Below, piece by piece: positions 1 to 8,486 of a stretch of 34,076 nucleotides of DNA. The position numbers and the translations under genes are program-made. Source of the DNA: Candidatus Jordarchaeia archaeon (GTDB lineage: Archaea; Asgardarchaeota; Jordiarchaeia; Jordiarchaeales; Freyrarchaeaceae); assembly GCA_018383835.1 (NCBI GenBank), contig JAHAWR010000003.1:1-34076 (forward strand). Direction: 5' to 3'. Position 1 is the first letter of the stretch. Every line of letters starts with the position of its first letter. The notes beneath the pieces are model-generated. The model did no database searches. It was not told the origin of the DNA and saw only the letters and a list, made by a program, of their open reading frames with translations.

Positions 1-1854
1 TGCCTTTTTTACACTGAGCTCTGAAAGCTTCTTCGTAAGCGCGTCCACCTTCTCCTGCTGCGCCTTAATCTTTGCTTCAAGCATTTCCTTAGGCTTCTCG
101 ACCAAGGTTTCCTCGTCTCTAAGCTTGTTCACAAACCCGACAAACTCCGTGACGAGCTTGTATGTGTCCGTTGCCTTCTTAGAGCTGGAAGCAAACGCCT
201 CGAACCAAGTTTTAGCTAAGCTCTCCCATTTCGGGAACTCTTTGAGGTCGCTCGAGATGAAATCATAGTATTTCCGAGAGAAGGATTCAGGAGAATCGTC
301 TGGCTGGCTCTGCTCTAGAAATTTCTTCAAAACGTTGTGGCTGAGAAGGTAGTCTGCGAGTCCTGGCACCGCCTCGGAAACGTGCTCCCTTATGTCGCGG
401 TAAACTTCTTCAACCTCACCTCGCATTTCGGAGGGAACCTCAGAAATGAACCCATCAAATGTTATTTCCAGTAGCTCGACTGTTGAAAAACGTGCTTCAA
501 CCCCTAGAGACGCCAGCTCCTCTTTAAGCCTGTCTCTCAAAGTGGATATGTCCCAGCTGACAGGTACACCCAAACTTCTATCTTCAATGAAGCTCTCCAA
601 CCGCTTTTTTATCTTTTCAATATAAGCTTTCACCATAAGCCTTCGGATAGGATCCACTACTTGCTTGGTATAATCTTCAAGAATTCCTCTCGCAGTTTCC
701 CTCTCGGCGACCATAAAAAAGAAAGCGGATAAAGCCCTCTCGAAGGTTCTAAGACCCCTCTCCGCGTGCTCCAAGAAATACGCGAGCTCGTCTTTAAGAC
801 TCCAACTCCATACTTCTTCCTCAAAATTTTTTTCGGAGAGAAAGCTGATTAGCGTCTTTTTAAAGCAGGATGACAAACCACCACTTTCAACAGCGTCTAA
901 ATGCTGTTTTAGCGGCCGTTTCTCTCCAGCATGCAAAATCGCCTCAACTCCTCTGCTAACCCTCCTGAACGCCTCTTCCCCCTCCTCTATAAATAGCTTC
1001 ACTTCTTCCATTATTTCCTCGATTTGGAGGGGGCCGGGCTTAGTGCGGGACCAGAAAGCCTCAGCTAAGCGTGATGCAACTCCCTCCTCGACTTCGTCCA
1101 CAGTGTAATCGTTTATCAAAGAAAGAATTTTCCTCCCGATGAGAGCGACGTCGCCTGCAAGCACCTCAAGTGCGGTCTTAGTAAATATTAAACTTTTAAG
1201 GTACTCCAAGTTGCCTGTAGCATGCCCCTCAAAAGAGATCCTCTCTATTATCGAGCTAAACTTCGGTGGTTTCGCTCCGTAATCAACTTCGATTTTTCCC
1301 TCAACGGTCAAGCCACTTGTTATCTTCAAGTGTGTTAGAAGATCTCTTGCATACTTCTCTCTGTACTTTTTCTGGGAAACCTCAGCGTATATTTTCCTCG
1401 TGAACCTTTCCACAAACCTCCGCAACACCTCTCTTTCTTCTTCTTTCCTCAGCCCTGAAGCCCTGCACGCGAGTTTAATGTCCCTCAGCTTGTCTAAGAC
1501 GTCATTAGCAACCTCCATGAACTTGAAGACGTCAACCAGCTCCTTCTCATGCTCCAAAAGCACGATGAAGCCCGCCTCTTCTTCCCCTCCGCCTGTAACC
1601 AAAGCCATGGCCTCAGGGAGATTCCCCCTCTCCCTACCAACCAGTTCGAACTCTGCATACTCCAGCTTAACCCCACTTTCCTCCAAAAGTAAGTTGTTGA
1701 GCATGCGTATCGCTTCCGCAACCTCTGATGCAAGCCTTTCAGCGCCGCGCCTACTGAGCCCCATCGGGCCCACTGAGAAACCAAAGGCATCACCATCAAT
1801 CGAGCACCCAAGAACAGAAAAATCGGCTATCCTCAATGCCTCAATAGTGCTCAT
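1..1854 (-). CDS. Large hypothetical protein, 3'-partial (at least 618 aa; the C-terminus lies beyond the window start)
   Basis: Absent from the ORF track because there is no stop in the window. I checked every minus-frame triplet from 1854 down to 1 and found no stop codon. ATG at 1854-1852 (MSTIEALRIADFSVLGCSIDG...) is preceded by AGGGG. The protein is E/K/L/R-rich and mostly helical, with a coiled-coil-like tail (...EAKIKAQQEKVDALTKKLSELS). I recognised no P-loop or other catalytic motif. Confidence 0.6.
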   Translation of the reverse strand, partial: MSTIEALRIADFSVLGCSIDGDAFGFSVGPMGLSRRGAERLASEVAEAIRMLNNLLLEESGVKLEYAEFELVGRERGNLPEAMALVTGGGEEEAGFIVLLEHEKELVDVFKFMEVANDVLDKLRDIKLACRASGLRKEEEREVLRRFVERFTRKIYAEVSQKKYREKYARDLLTHLKITSGLTVEGKIEVDYGAKPPKFSSIIERISFEGHATGNLEYLKSLIFTKTALEVLAGDVALIGRKILSLINDYTVDEVEEGVASRLAEAFWSRTKPGPLQIEEIMEEVKLFIEEGEEAFRRVSRGVEAILHAGEKRPLKQHLDAVESGGLSSCFKKTLISFLSEKNFEEEVWSWSLKDELAYFLEHAERGLRTFERALSAFFFMVAERETARGILEDYTKQVVDPIRRLMVKAYIEKIKKRLESFIEDRSLGVPVSWDISTLRDRLKEELASLGVEARFSTVELLEITFDGFISEVPSEMRGEVEEVYRDIREHVSEAVPGLADYLLSHNVLKKFLEQSQPDDSPESFSRKYYDFISSDLKEFPKWESLAKTWFEAFASSSKKATDTYKLVTEFVGFVNKLRDEETLVEKPKEMLEAKIKAQQEKVDALTKKLSELSVKKA

Positions 1855-2047
1855 ACCCCTTCGCGACAAAGGGATCCCCCAGCTAAAACAGTCTCGAATG
1901 AAGAGATTATGGAGTTAAGTTATATTGTCTCCTTGATTTTTAATAAAATTTGCTCATTGAAATACCTCTTTAAGGGGGCTTCGTAGCGTTAAGTCTCAGG
2001 TTACTTTTTAAAACTCCATTTTTCTTCCTTCTGGCGAGGATGGTGCA

Positions 2048-3643
2048 ATGGTGGCCTCAACTTGCTTCTTGTTGGTTGATGCAACTGGAGCCGGTAGTGG
2101 GGTAAGAAGTCTTGCAAGGGACGTAATAGGAAGTGGAGCGCGCGCCATAGCCGGCGTCTTAGAGAAGATGGGTGGAAGCGTCAGAATAATGGTTCCCGAG
2201 GTCTTCTTTGAAGCTAGGTCTGAGCTCGCAAAGTTTGATGTTTTGATGTGTGGCGGAATGAGCATGGACATACCTGTGATGACAAAAATCGCGAGGATAT
2301 GGAAGCGCTGGAATGGCGGCGTATGCATAGCTGGCGGTCCAGCATCTCTTGAGGCTGAGAAACTTCTCAGGGGAGGATACGATTTGGTACTGGTTGGTGA
2401 GGCTGAGGATACCGTGGCAGAATTACTTGAGAAAGGATTATCTGACGGTTGTCTCCCAAACGAGGAGGAACTAGAGAGAATACCCGGGGTCAGCTTCACC
2501 TCCAAGACCTCGGGTTTCCACTGTTCTAGTGTAAGGCGGACAGCTGGAAATTGGGAGCCATCGGTTGAACGCATCAAGGACTATCCCCTCCATAAGGTCG
2601 CTAGGGTTTACGTTTGGTGTGTCAGAGGATGCTCGAACTTTTACAGAACCAGGATCCCGCTACCAGATGGAAGAAAATGCTTCGAGTGTGGACGGTGCAC
2701 CGGCGGATCGTTAAGGGACAGGCTTACGTGCCCGGCCAATATACCTCCCGGGTGCGGATATTGCTCCGTCCCTAGCGTGTATGGGCCTCCGAGAAGCAGA
2801 CAGGTAGAAAGTATCTTAAGCGAGGTTGAAGGCCTCTTGGAGCATGGTGTGAGGAGGATCTACCTGGGAGCAAGTTGCTTCTTAGACTTTCATAGAGAGA
2901 AGAAGGCTGGCGGCGGGCCTTTAACTGATCCACGCGAGCCTGAGGCAAACTACGACCGCATAGACGAGCTGCTCTCGAACTTAAAAGACTTAGCTGGGAG
3001 AGAAGCATACGTGAGCGTCGAGAACGCTAAGCCATGCCTGTTCACGAGGGACGCTGCCTCTATCATCTCGGAATACCTCCCTAACTCAACGATACACTTT
3101 GGCGGGGAGACGGGCGACGCGAAGCATTCCTCCTCCCTAGGCCGTCCTTCGACTCCGAGCGAGGTCATAGCGGCGGTGAAATCGGCTGTTGAGGAGAGGC
3201 TTCGCCCTTACGTCTACTTCATCCACGGCCTCCCAGGGCAGACTCTTAAGACCGCCCACGAAACAGCCAGAATGATGCGTGACGTAGCGAGACTGGGAGC
3301 AGAAAAAATAACTGTTTACAGGTTTAAACCCCTCCCCATGTCGGCCTTCGAAGGGTTCAAAGAGGCACCCTCCGCAACAAGAAGTAAGGCTGGAGGGATT
3401 ATAGTCCGGGAAGCAATAAAGATAAATAAAGCCTTGAAAAAGAAGCTGATTGGCAAGGTGGTCGACGCCGTCATCGCTGAGCATGGAAGGGGGCGCTTTA
3501 AGGGTAAACTTGTGGGCTACCCGTTACGGGAGGGGCCGACTATAATCCTTTCAGGTACCGCGCCAATAGGGAGCGTTGTCAAGGCGCGGATTACGAACGT
3601 CTTGGGGGACAAGCTCACAGAGGGAGTCATATTTCGTGGATGA
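2048..3643 (+). CDS. Radical SAM protein with an N-terminal B12-binding-like (Rossmann) domain; substrate unknown
   Basis: 531-aa ORF. The N-terminus (DVLMCGGMS...GGVCIAGGP...DLVLVGEAE) resembles the cobalamin-binding domain of class B radical SAM enzymes. A Cys-rich core follows: WCVRGCSNF...CFECGRC...CPANIPPGCGYCSV. The rest resembles a radical SAM TIM-barrel region (RRIYLGAS..., ENAKP..., HFGGETG). Confidence 0.6.
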   Translation: MVASTCFLLVDATGAGSGVRSLARDVIGSGARAIAGVLEKMGGSVRIMVPEVFFEARSELAKFDVLMCGGMSMDIPVMTKIARIWKRWNGGVCIAGGPASLEAEKLLRGGYDLVLVGEAEDTVAELLEKGLSDGCLPNEEELERIPGVSFTSKTSGFHCSSVRRTAGNWEPSVERIKDYPLHKVARVYVWCVRGCSNFYRTRIPLPDGRKCFECGRCTGGSLRDRLTCPANIPPGCGYCSVPSVYGPPRSRQVESILSEVEGLLEHGVRRIYLGASCFLDFHREKKAGGGPLTDPREPEANYDRIDELLSNLKDLAGREAYVSVENAKPCLFTRDAASIISEYLPNSTIHFGGETGDAKHSSSLGRPSTPSEVIAAVKSAVEERLRPYVYFIHGLPGQTLKTAHETARMMRDVARLGAEKITVYRFKPLPMSAFEGFKEAPSATRSKAGGIIVREAIKINKALKKKLIGKVVDAVIAEHGRGRFKGKLVGYPLREGPTIILSGTAPIGSVVKARITNVLGDKLTEGVIFRG

Positions 3644-3812
3644 TTGAGCCGTAATCCTCTAAAAAGGAATTGCCCACCTAAGGTTGCCATAGATCATGGG
3701 ATCCTGAAGGTGGCTTTATTAAGGAGGTCGTGGTGTAAGTGCTGAAAGTTAACGAGTAAGGTTTAAATTTAGGAGGAGAAGAATAAAGTTGACTGATACT
3801 GGATGGGATACC

Positions 3813-3953
3813 ATGCCTTACATTTGTGGGAAATGTGGACTGGAGTTAAGAGAAGAGGAGCTAAGCGGCATTCAGGGAGTTAGGTGCAGGTGTGGCTCGC
3901 GAATACTCTACAAAGCTAGGCCTCCGGTCACCAAGAAGGTTTTAGCTAGGTAA
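3813..3953 (+). CDS. rpoP: DNA-directed RNA polymerase subunit P (Rpo12/RPABC4), 46 aa
   Basis: Small ORF below the track cutoff: MPYICGKCGLELREEELSGIQGVRCRCGSRILYKARPPVTKKVLAR. It has the CxxC...CxC zinc ribbon and the C-terminal GSRILYKxRP signature typical of archaeal RpoP. Confidence 0.8.
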   Translation: MPYICGKCGLELREEELSGIQGVRCRCGSRILYKARPPVTKKVLAR

Positions 3954-4035
3954 TTCTTTCTTTCCTTACCGAGAACCTTAAGTTTTTATTTTCATGGGTG
4001 TGTCTCTTTCTCTATCTGATGGTGGGTGAGCTTAC

Positions 4036-5586
4036 TTGGGGCGCGTAGAGAAAGAATCTGAGGGTAAAAGCTTCTTCGAGAAGGTCTGGACCCTGGTGCT
4101 TCACAGGGGCTTCATCATACCAACGGCAGAGATCTACGGCGGGATAGCGGGCATTTATGATTTCGGCCCCCTAGGGACTCTTCTAGCTAAGAAGCTAGTT
4201 GACCTTTGGCGAAGGTTCTTCGTAATTGGGGAGACGAACTTTCCGGTTTACGAAATAAACGGGTCAACCATACTCCCATATGAAGTTCTGGTCGCCTCCG
4301 GCCACGTTGACTCGTTTGTTGACCCGATAGTCACCTGCCTGAAGTGTAAGGCGAGGATGAGGGCAGACCACTTAGTTGAGGAGGCGTTGGAAATTAGGGT
4401 TGAGGGAGCAACCGTGGAGGAGCTCACCCGGATTATACGTGAAAATGGGTTGCGTTGCCCCAACTGTGGAGGCGATCTCTCAGAAGTCTCCCTCTTCAAC
4501 CTAATGTTTAAAACGGAAGTTGGCCCACTCGGCGGCAAGACGGCCTTCCTGAGGCCTGAGACCGCCCAAGTGATATTCATTGATTTTAAAAAAGTTTTCC
4601 AAGTTATGAGGGGGAAACTGCCCTTCGGGATCGCTCAAATAGGTAAAGCCTACAGGAATGAGATATCTCCTAGGCAAGGCCTGATCCGTCTACGTGAGTT
4701 CACCCAAATGGAGATTGAGGTCTTCATAAATCCAAAGGAGGTCAACAACCACCCTGGAATTGAAGAAGTTGCAGATTCCAAGTTTAGGATTCTTATGAGG
4801 GAAAACCAGCTCAAAGGAGGGGGAGCCGTCGAAGTCACCGTTAGGGAAGCTGTTGAAAAAGGCATAGTCCCAAACGCTTACATGGCTTATTATCTTTCAA
4901 AGGAGACCGAGTTCTTTGAGAGGATAGGAATCCCGCGGAGCAAGTTCTACTTCAGGCACATGATGCCTGAAGAAACCCCATTCTACTCCGGAGGAAACTT
5001 TGATCTCGAAGTTGAGCTGAGCATCGGAGTTAAAGAAGTGGTTGGCAACGCCTATAGAACGGACTACGACCTCCGAAGTCACATGAAACACAGCGGCGAA
5101 GACCTCTCAGTCGATGTGGACGGAGAAAAGGTGGTTCCAGAAGTTGTTGAGCCATCCTTCGGCGTTGAAAGAATAATTTACTGCATACTGGAGCACTGCT
5201 ATAGAGAGGACGACGGGAGAGGTTGGAGCTGGTTCCAGTTCCCGCCGGAGATAGCGCCCGTAACCGCGCTCATCCTCCCATTAATGAAGAAGGAACCCCT
5301 AGTGTCAAAGGCTAAGGAGCTGTTTAAAGCGGCTAGGAGAAGCGGCATCTTTGTTGAGTACGATGACAGGGGATCCATAGGGAAGAGGTATGCGAGAGCA
5401 GACGAGATAGGTGTTCCTGTCTGCGTGACTGTAGATTACCAGACCATTAACGATGGCACAGTTACTTTACGTAGCAGAGATACGAGAAAACAGGTTCGCG
5501 TCAAAGCCGAGCTCGTCCCAAAACTGCTCCTTGACCTCTCCGAGGGAAGAATGAGTCTCAGCGATTTGGAGGCGCTTCAAGGTTAA
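4036..5586 (+). CDS. glyS: Glycine--tRNA ligase (archaeal/eukaryotic type)
   Basis: 516 aa. Motifs RGFIIPTAEIYGGIAGIYDFGPLG, VASGHVDSFVDP and RADHL, plus class II core motifs (FRNEISPR, REFTQME). The TTG start at 4036 is taken from the track, so the exact start is uncertain. Confidence 0.9.
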   Translation: MGRVEKESEGKSFFEKVWTLVLHRGFIIPTAEIYGGIAGIYDFGPLGTLLAKKLVDLWRRFFVIGETNFPVYEINGSTILPYEVLVASGHVDSFVDPIVTCLKCKARMRADHLVEEALEIRVEGATVEELTRIIRENGLRCPNCGGDLSEVSLFNLMFKTEVGPLGGKTAFLRPETAQVIFIDFKKVFQVMRGKLPFGIAQIGKAYRNEISPRQGLIRLREFTQMEIEVFINPKEVNNHPGIEEVADSKFRILMRENQLKGGGAVEVTVREAVEKGIVPNAYMAYYLSKETEFFERIGIPRSKFYFRHMMPEETPFYSGGNFDLEVELSIGVKEVVGNAYRTDYDLRSHMKHSGEDLSVDVDGEKVVPEVVEPSFGVERIIYCILEHCYREDDGRGWSWFQFPPEIAPVTALILPLMKKEPLVSKAKELFKAARRSGIFVEYDDRGSIGKRYARADEIGVPVCVTVDYQTINDGTVTLRSRDTRKQVRVKAELVPKLLLDLSEGRMSLSDLEALQG

Positions 5587-6893
5587 AGCGTGACCGTTTC
5601 TCCGTTGCAAGGAGCGTAGGCTTCGGCCTTTCTAATAGACTCCAACCTCTCGCAGAAGTTGAGTGTTTTCTTCTCCTCACCGTGAACGCAAAAAACCCTT
5701 TCTAGGTTCCTGAACGCGCTGAGGAATCGCAGTAGCCCAGGGTAATCAGCGTGGGCGCTAAACTCGAAGAAGCCAACTTTTGCCTCAATCCTGACTCTTT
5801 CCCCGTCAAGCTCGAGCTCGCGCACCCCATCATAAAGCATACGGCCCCGCGTTCCGGGAACTTGATACCCTGTTAAGCATATCAGGTTCCTCGGGTCACC
5901 TCCGAAATTCTTTAAGTAATAAATTATGGGGCCCCCCTCCAGCATGCCGGAAGTGCTGATTATAACCATGGGCTCTTTCATCTTTGCTAGGTCTTTTCTC
6001 TCTTCCACGTCAATGAACACGTCGGACTCCAATGGGTTCTGCTTGGTGTAGCGTATCTGTTTCTTGATGGGGTCGCTTAAGTGCTCCCAGTACATGCGGT
6101 ATATGATGTTAACCTTGCGTATCATCCCATCTATAAAAACTGGTGCTTCAGGTATGACTCCACTTCTTATGTACGCTTCAAGGCACAGCATGACTTCCTG
6201 TGCCCGCCCTACAGCGAATACTGGTACCAGGACTACGCCTCCTTCTTTCAATGTTTCCGCGACCGCTAATGCGAAGTCCCTCTCCGTTTTTTGAAGACTT
6301 TGATGTTGGTCGGAGGGCGAGGAGTACGTTGACTCTATGATAACGGTGTCTGCATCACTCATTGAAAGGTCAACCATAGTCTGCGTTCTCGTGTTTCTAG
6401 CGCAAATGTCCCCCGTATAGAGGATGACGTGGTTCTCCACTTTGAGTCGGACCATTGCACTTCCAAGGATGTGTCCCGCCCTAAGGAGAACCGCCTCAAC
6501 TCCTCCTCCAAGATGCATGGGTTGCTTGTACAGCATGTCGACGGCGTGCTTTCTGACGTTCATGACGTCAGCGAACGTGTATGGTGCCGCTTCTTTCTTG
6601 AGCTTCAAGTAGTCGATGTTAAGTGTTTCCGACAGGTCTTGGGTTGGAGGCGTCCCTATCATGGGTGTACGGTATTTCGACACTACATGAGGGGCGTAGC
6701 CTGCGTGGTCTAAGTGTGCATGAGTGAGTAAGAGAACATCAGGTGGGTCAGGTGGTTCAAGCGGAAAAGTGTCTTCGTTTACTCCTATGGCTACCCCTGC
6801 GTCCAGCATTATGTTCCTGCCACCAGATTTAACAAGCACGCAGGAGCGTCCAACCTGCCTAGCTCCACCCAGAAACATGACTTCTATTGTCAA
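5583..6893 (-). CDS. Metallo-beta-lactamase / beta-CASP family RNA-processing nuclease (aCPSF2-like, no KH domains)
   Basis: 436 aa. HAHLDHAG (HxHxDH), AGHILGS, YTGD, beta-CASP motif A (IIESTY), motif B (SAHAD) and motif C (VHGE). Confidence 0.8.
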   Translation of the reverse strand: MTIEVMFLGGARQVGRSCVLVKSGGRNIMLDAGVAIGVNEDTFPLEPPDPPDVLLLTHAHLDHAGYAPHVVSKYRTPMIGTPPTQDLSETLNIDYLKLKKEAAPYTFADVMNVRKHAVDMLYKQPMHLGGGVEAVLLRAGHILGSAMVRLKVENHVILYTGDICARNTRTQTMVDLSMSDADTVIIESTYSSPSDQHQSLQKTERDFALAVAETLKEGGVVLVPVFAVGRAQEVMLCLEAYIRSGVIPEAPVFIDGMIRKVNIIYRMYWEHLSDPIKKQIRYTKQNPLESDVFIDVEERKDLAKMKEPMVIISTSGMLEGGPIIYYLKNFGGDPRNLICLTGYQVPGTRGRMLYDGVRELELDGERVRIEAKVGFFEFSAHADYPGLLRFLSAFRNLERVFCVHGEEKKTLNFCERLESIRKAEAYAPCNGETVTL

Positions 6894-6901
6894 GCCACCA
6901 C

Positions 6902-7825
6902 CTAAGTTATAACTTCACATCCATCATCAGCGACTATCACTGTTTCCTCCGCCTGTGCGACGTAGCTCCCCTTCCTATCGGAAAGTACCCTGTACTGGCG
7001 TAGTACACCCTTCGACACTAACTCTCTCAATGCAACCCTCAACTTCCCTCTTGAAAAACATGTTGCCAGCCATCTCTCAGCAAATGGTAGCGTCCTGTAT
7101 TCTTTCTCAACAACCATAACTATTTTCCTTGCCTCCTTAAGCCTTAGTGGAGCGAAAAAAGGTTGAAGGCTGAAAATGTACGCGTAAGGCGCCTCGCTTA
7201 CACCCCCCGACCCGGTTGACGCAAAGATTTCGACGGCGTAGACCTCCCCCTTGTTTATAGTTTCTCCATGTGGCAGTGCAACGTTAGGAATTACCTTAGA
7301 CCCGTGGAGAACATACTGCTCTAATATGTGTCCTGAAAGCTCGCGTAGGGGACGGTAACCGTAATCTCTTATTACTTTCTCGATCTCCCTCCCCACGACG
7401 TTCGTCTCCACACCTGGAGCTATAAGCTCAATAGCGTTTTTCAATGCCTCTCTCGCAGCCTCTGCAAGTCTTTCAGCCTCCTTGTTCATGCAGAAAGTTA
7501 ATGCTGTGTCGGCGATGTAGCCTTCCACGTGCACACCAAAATCGACCTTAACCACATCTCCCTCATTTATAGTTAAGCTATCCCCGGGAGGAGAAGTGTA
7601 ATGCGCTGCAACATTGTTTATCGAAACGTTGCATGGAAAAGCAGGCCTACCCCCCTTCTCTATTATCAAGCGTTCAACGGTCTCACATATATCAATGCAT
7701 TTAACTCCAGGCCTGACAAGTCCTCTAATAGCTTCCTTAACTTCCTTTGCAACTTTTCCTGCATGACGATGCCTCCCTAATGCGTCAGCTTGCGCCTCTT
7801 CATCGCCTCTTTTTTCACTGGCCAC
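6902..7825 (-). CDS. map: Methionine aminopeptidase, type 2
   Basis: 307 aa. PAFPCNVSINNVAAHYTSPPGD, VKVDFGVHVEGYIADTA, LSGHIL and EIFAST are typical of archaeal MetAP2. Confidence 0.9.
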   Translation of the reverse strand: MASEKRGDEEAQADALGRHRHAGKVAKEVKEAIRGLVRPGVKCIDICETVERLIIEKGGRPAFPCNVSINNVAAHYTSPPGDSLTINEGDVVKVDFGVHVEGYIADTALTFCMNKEAERLAEAAREALKNAIELIAPGVETNVVGREIEKVIRDYGYRPLRELSGHILEQYVLHGSKVIPNVALPHGETINKGEVYAVEIFASTGSGGVSEAPYAYIFSLQPFFAPLRLKEARKIVMVVEKEYRTLPFAERWLATCFSRGKLRVALRELVSKGVLRQYRVLSDRKGSYVAQAEETVIVADDGCEVIT

Positions 7826-8049
7826 TTAATCACCCTCCAATTAGAGCTTACATCGTGTTGAGAAAGTGGTTTTATTTAACTGTTTTTAGACATCACATTC
7901 GACTAAGCGATTGATAAAAATTTCTTTAGGCGCATTTCCTCCTTTCATTCTTAAAGGATGGAAAGACAATAACTTTTTAAGATGCTGCAGTCATGAAGCT
8001 GATTAATGGAGGAGTTTTTACCGGAAAGAATACCGCGTGAGGGAATGCC

Positions 8050-8424
8050 TTGACAAAGATCGATGAACTTTTGGAGCTGCTCCGAAACATGGAAGCTGCA
8101 ACACCTGGGATAGAGGCCAGTGCGGTAGTCAGCACGGAAGGGCTCCCCATAGCCTCTGCTATGCCTCAAGAGGTCGACGACGCTGTTGTCGCTGCTATGG
8201 CGTCGGCCATACTCAGTGTTTCGGAGAAAGTTAGCAATGAGCTAGTCAGAGGGAGGTTACAACAGGTTTTAGTGCAAGGAGACCAAGGATATGTGATCAT
8301 CAAGGGTGCCGGGGAGAGCGCTTTATTAACAGTCCTCGCGAGGAATGATGCAAACCTAGGGCTCATAATCATGGTCCTGAAGCGTGTGTCTGAAGAAGTT
8401 AAAAGGCTGCTAGAAGAAGAATAG
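8050..8424 (+). CDS. Roadblock/LC7 (MglB-like) domain protein
   Basis: 124 aa with the pattern alpha-beta-beta-alpha-beta-beta-beta-alpha: ...GIEASAVVSTEGLPIASAM...AAMASAILSVSEKV...LQQVLVQGDQGYVIIKGAG...LLTVLARNDANLGLI. TTG start taken from the track; the next in-frame ATG is near 8089. Confidence 0.75.
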   Translation: MTKIDELLELLRNMEAATPGIEASAVVSTEGLPIASAMPQEVDDAVVAAMASAILSVSEKVSNELVRGRLQQVLVQGDQGYVIIKGAGESALLTVLARNDANLGLIIMVLKRVSEEVKRLLEEE

Positions 8425-8486
8425 GTGAGTGCTTCGAAGTTAGCTTTGGCTCAGACCGCCTGTCGCTCCTCATCCCCGTCAGTGAT

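Noticed and set aside
1400-1918. 172-aa plus-strand ORF (S/L/T/P-rich), and the 105-aa minus-strand ORF at 1494-1811
   Set aside because: Both lie inside, or antisense to, the 618-codon minus-strand frame that is open from 1854 to the window edge. Their low-complexity composition is typical of off-frame translation of a GC-balanced, E/K-rich gene.
2008-2577. 189-aa minus-strand ORF
   Set aside because: Antisense to the N-terminal domain of the radical SAM gene. It is S/P/T-rich with no motifs. The sense ORF has clear domain signatures.
3644-3812. Possible C/D box sRNA in the gap upstream of rpoP, and likewise in 27650-28019 and 29638-29924
   Set aside because: Several CTGA (D-box-like) tetramers are present. 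I found no RUGAUGA C box at a compatible spacing of 50-60 nt. This is not supportable by eye.
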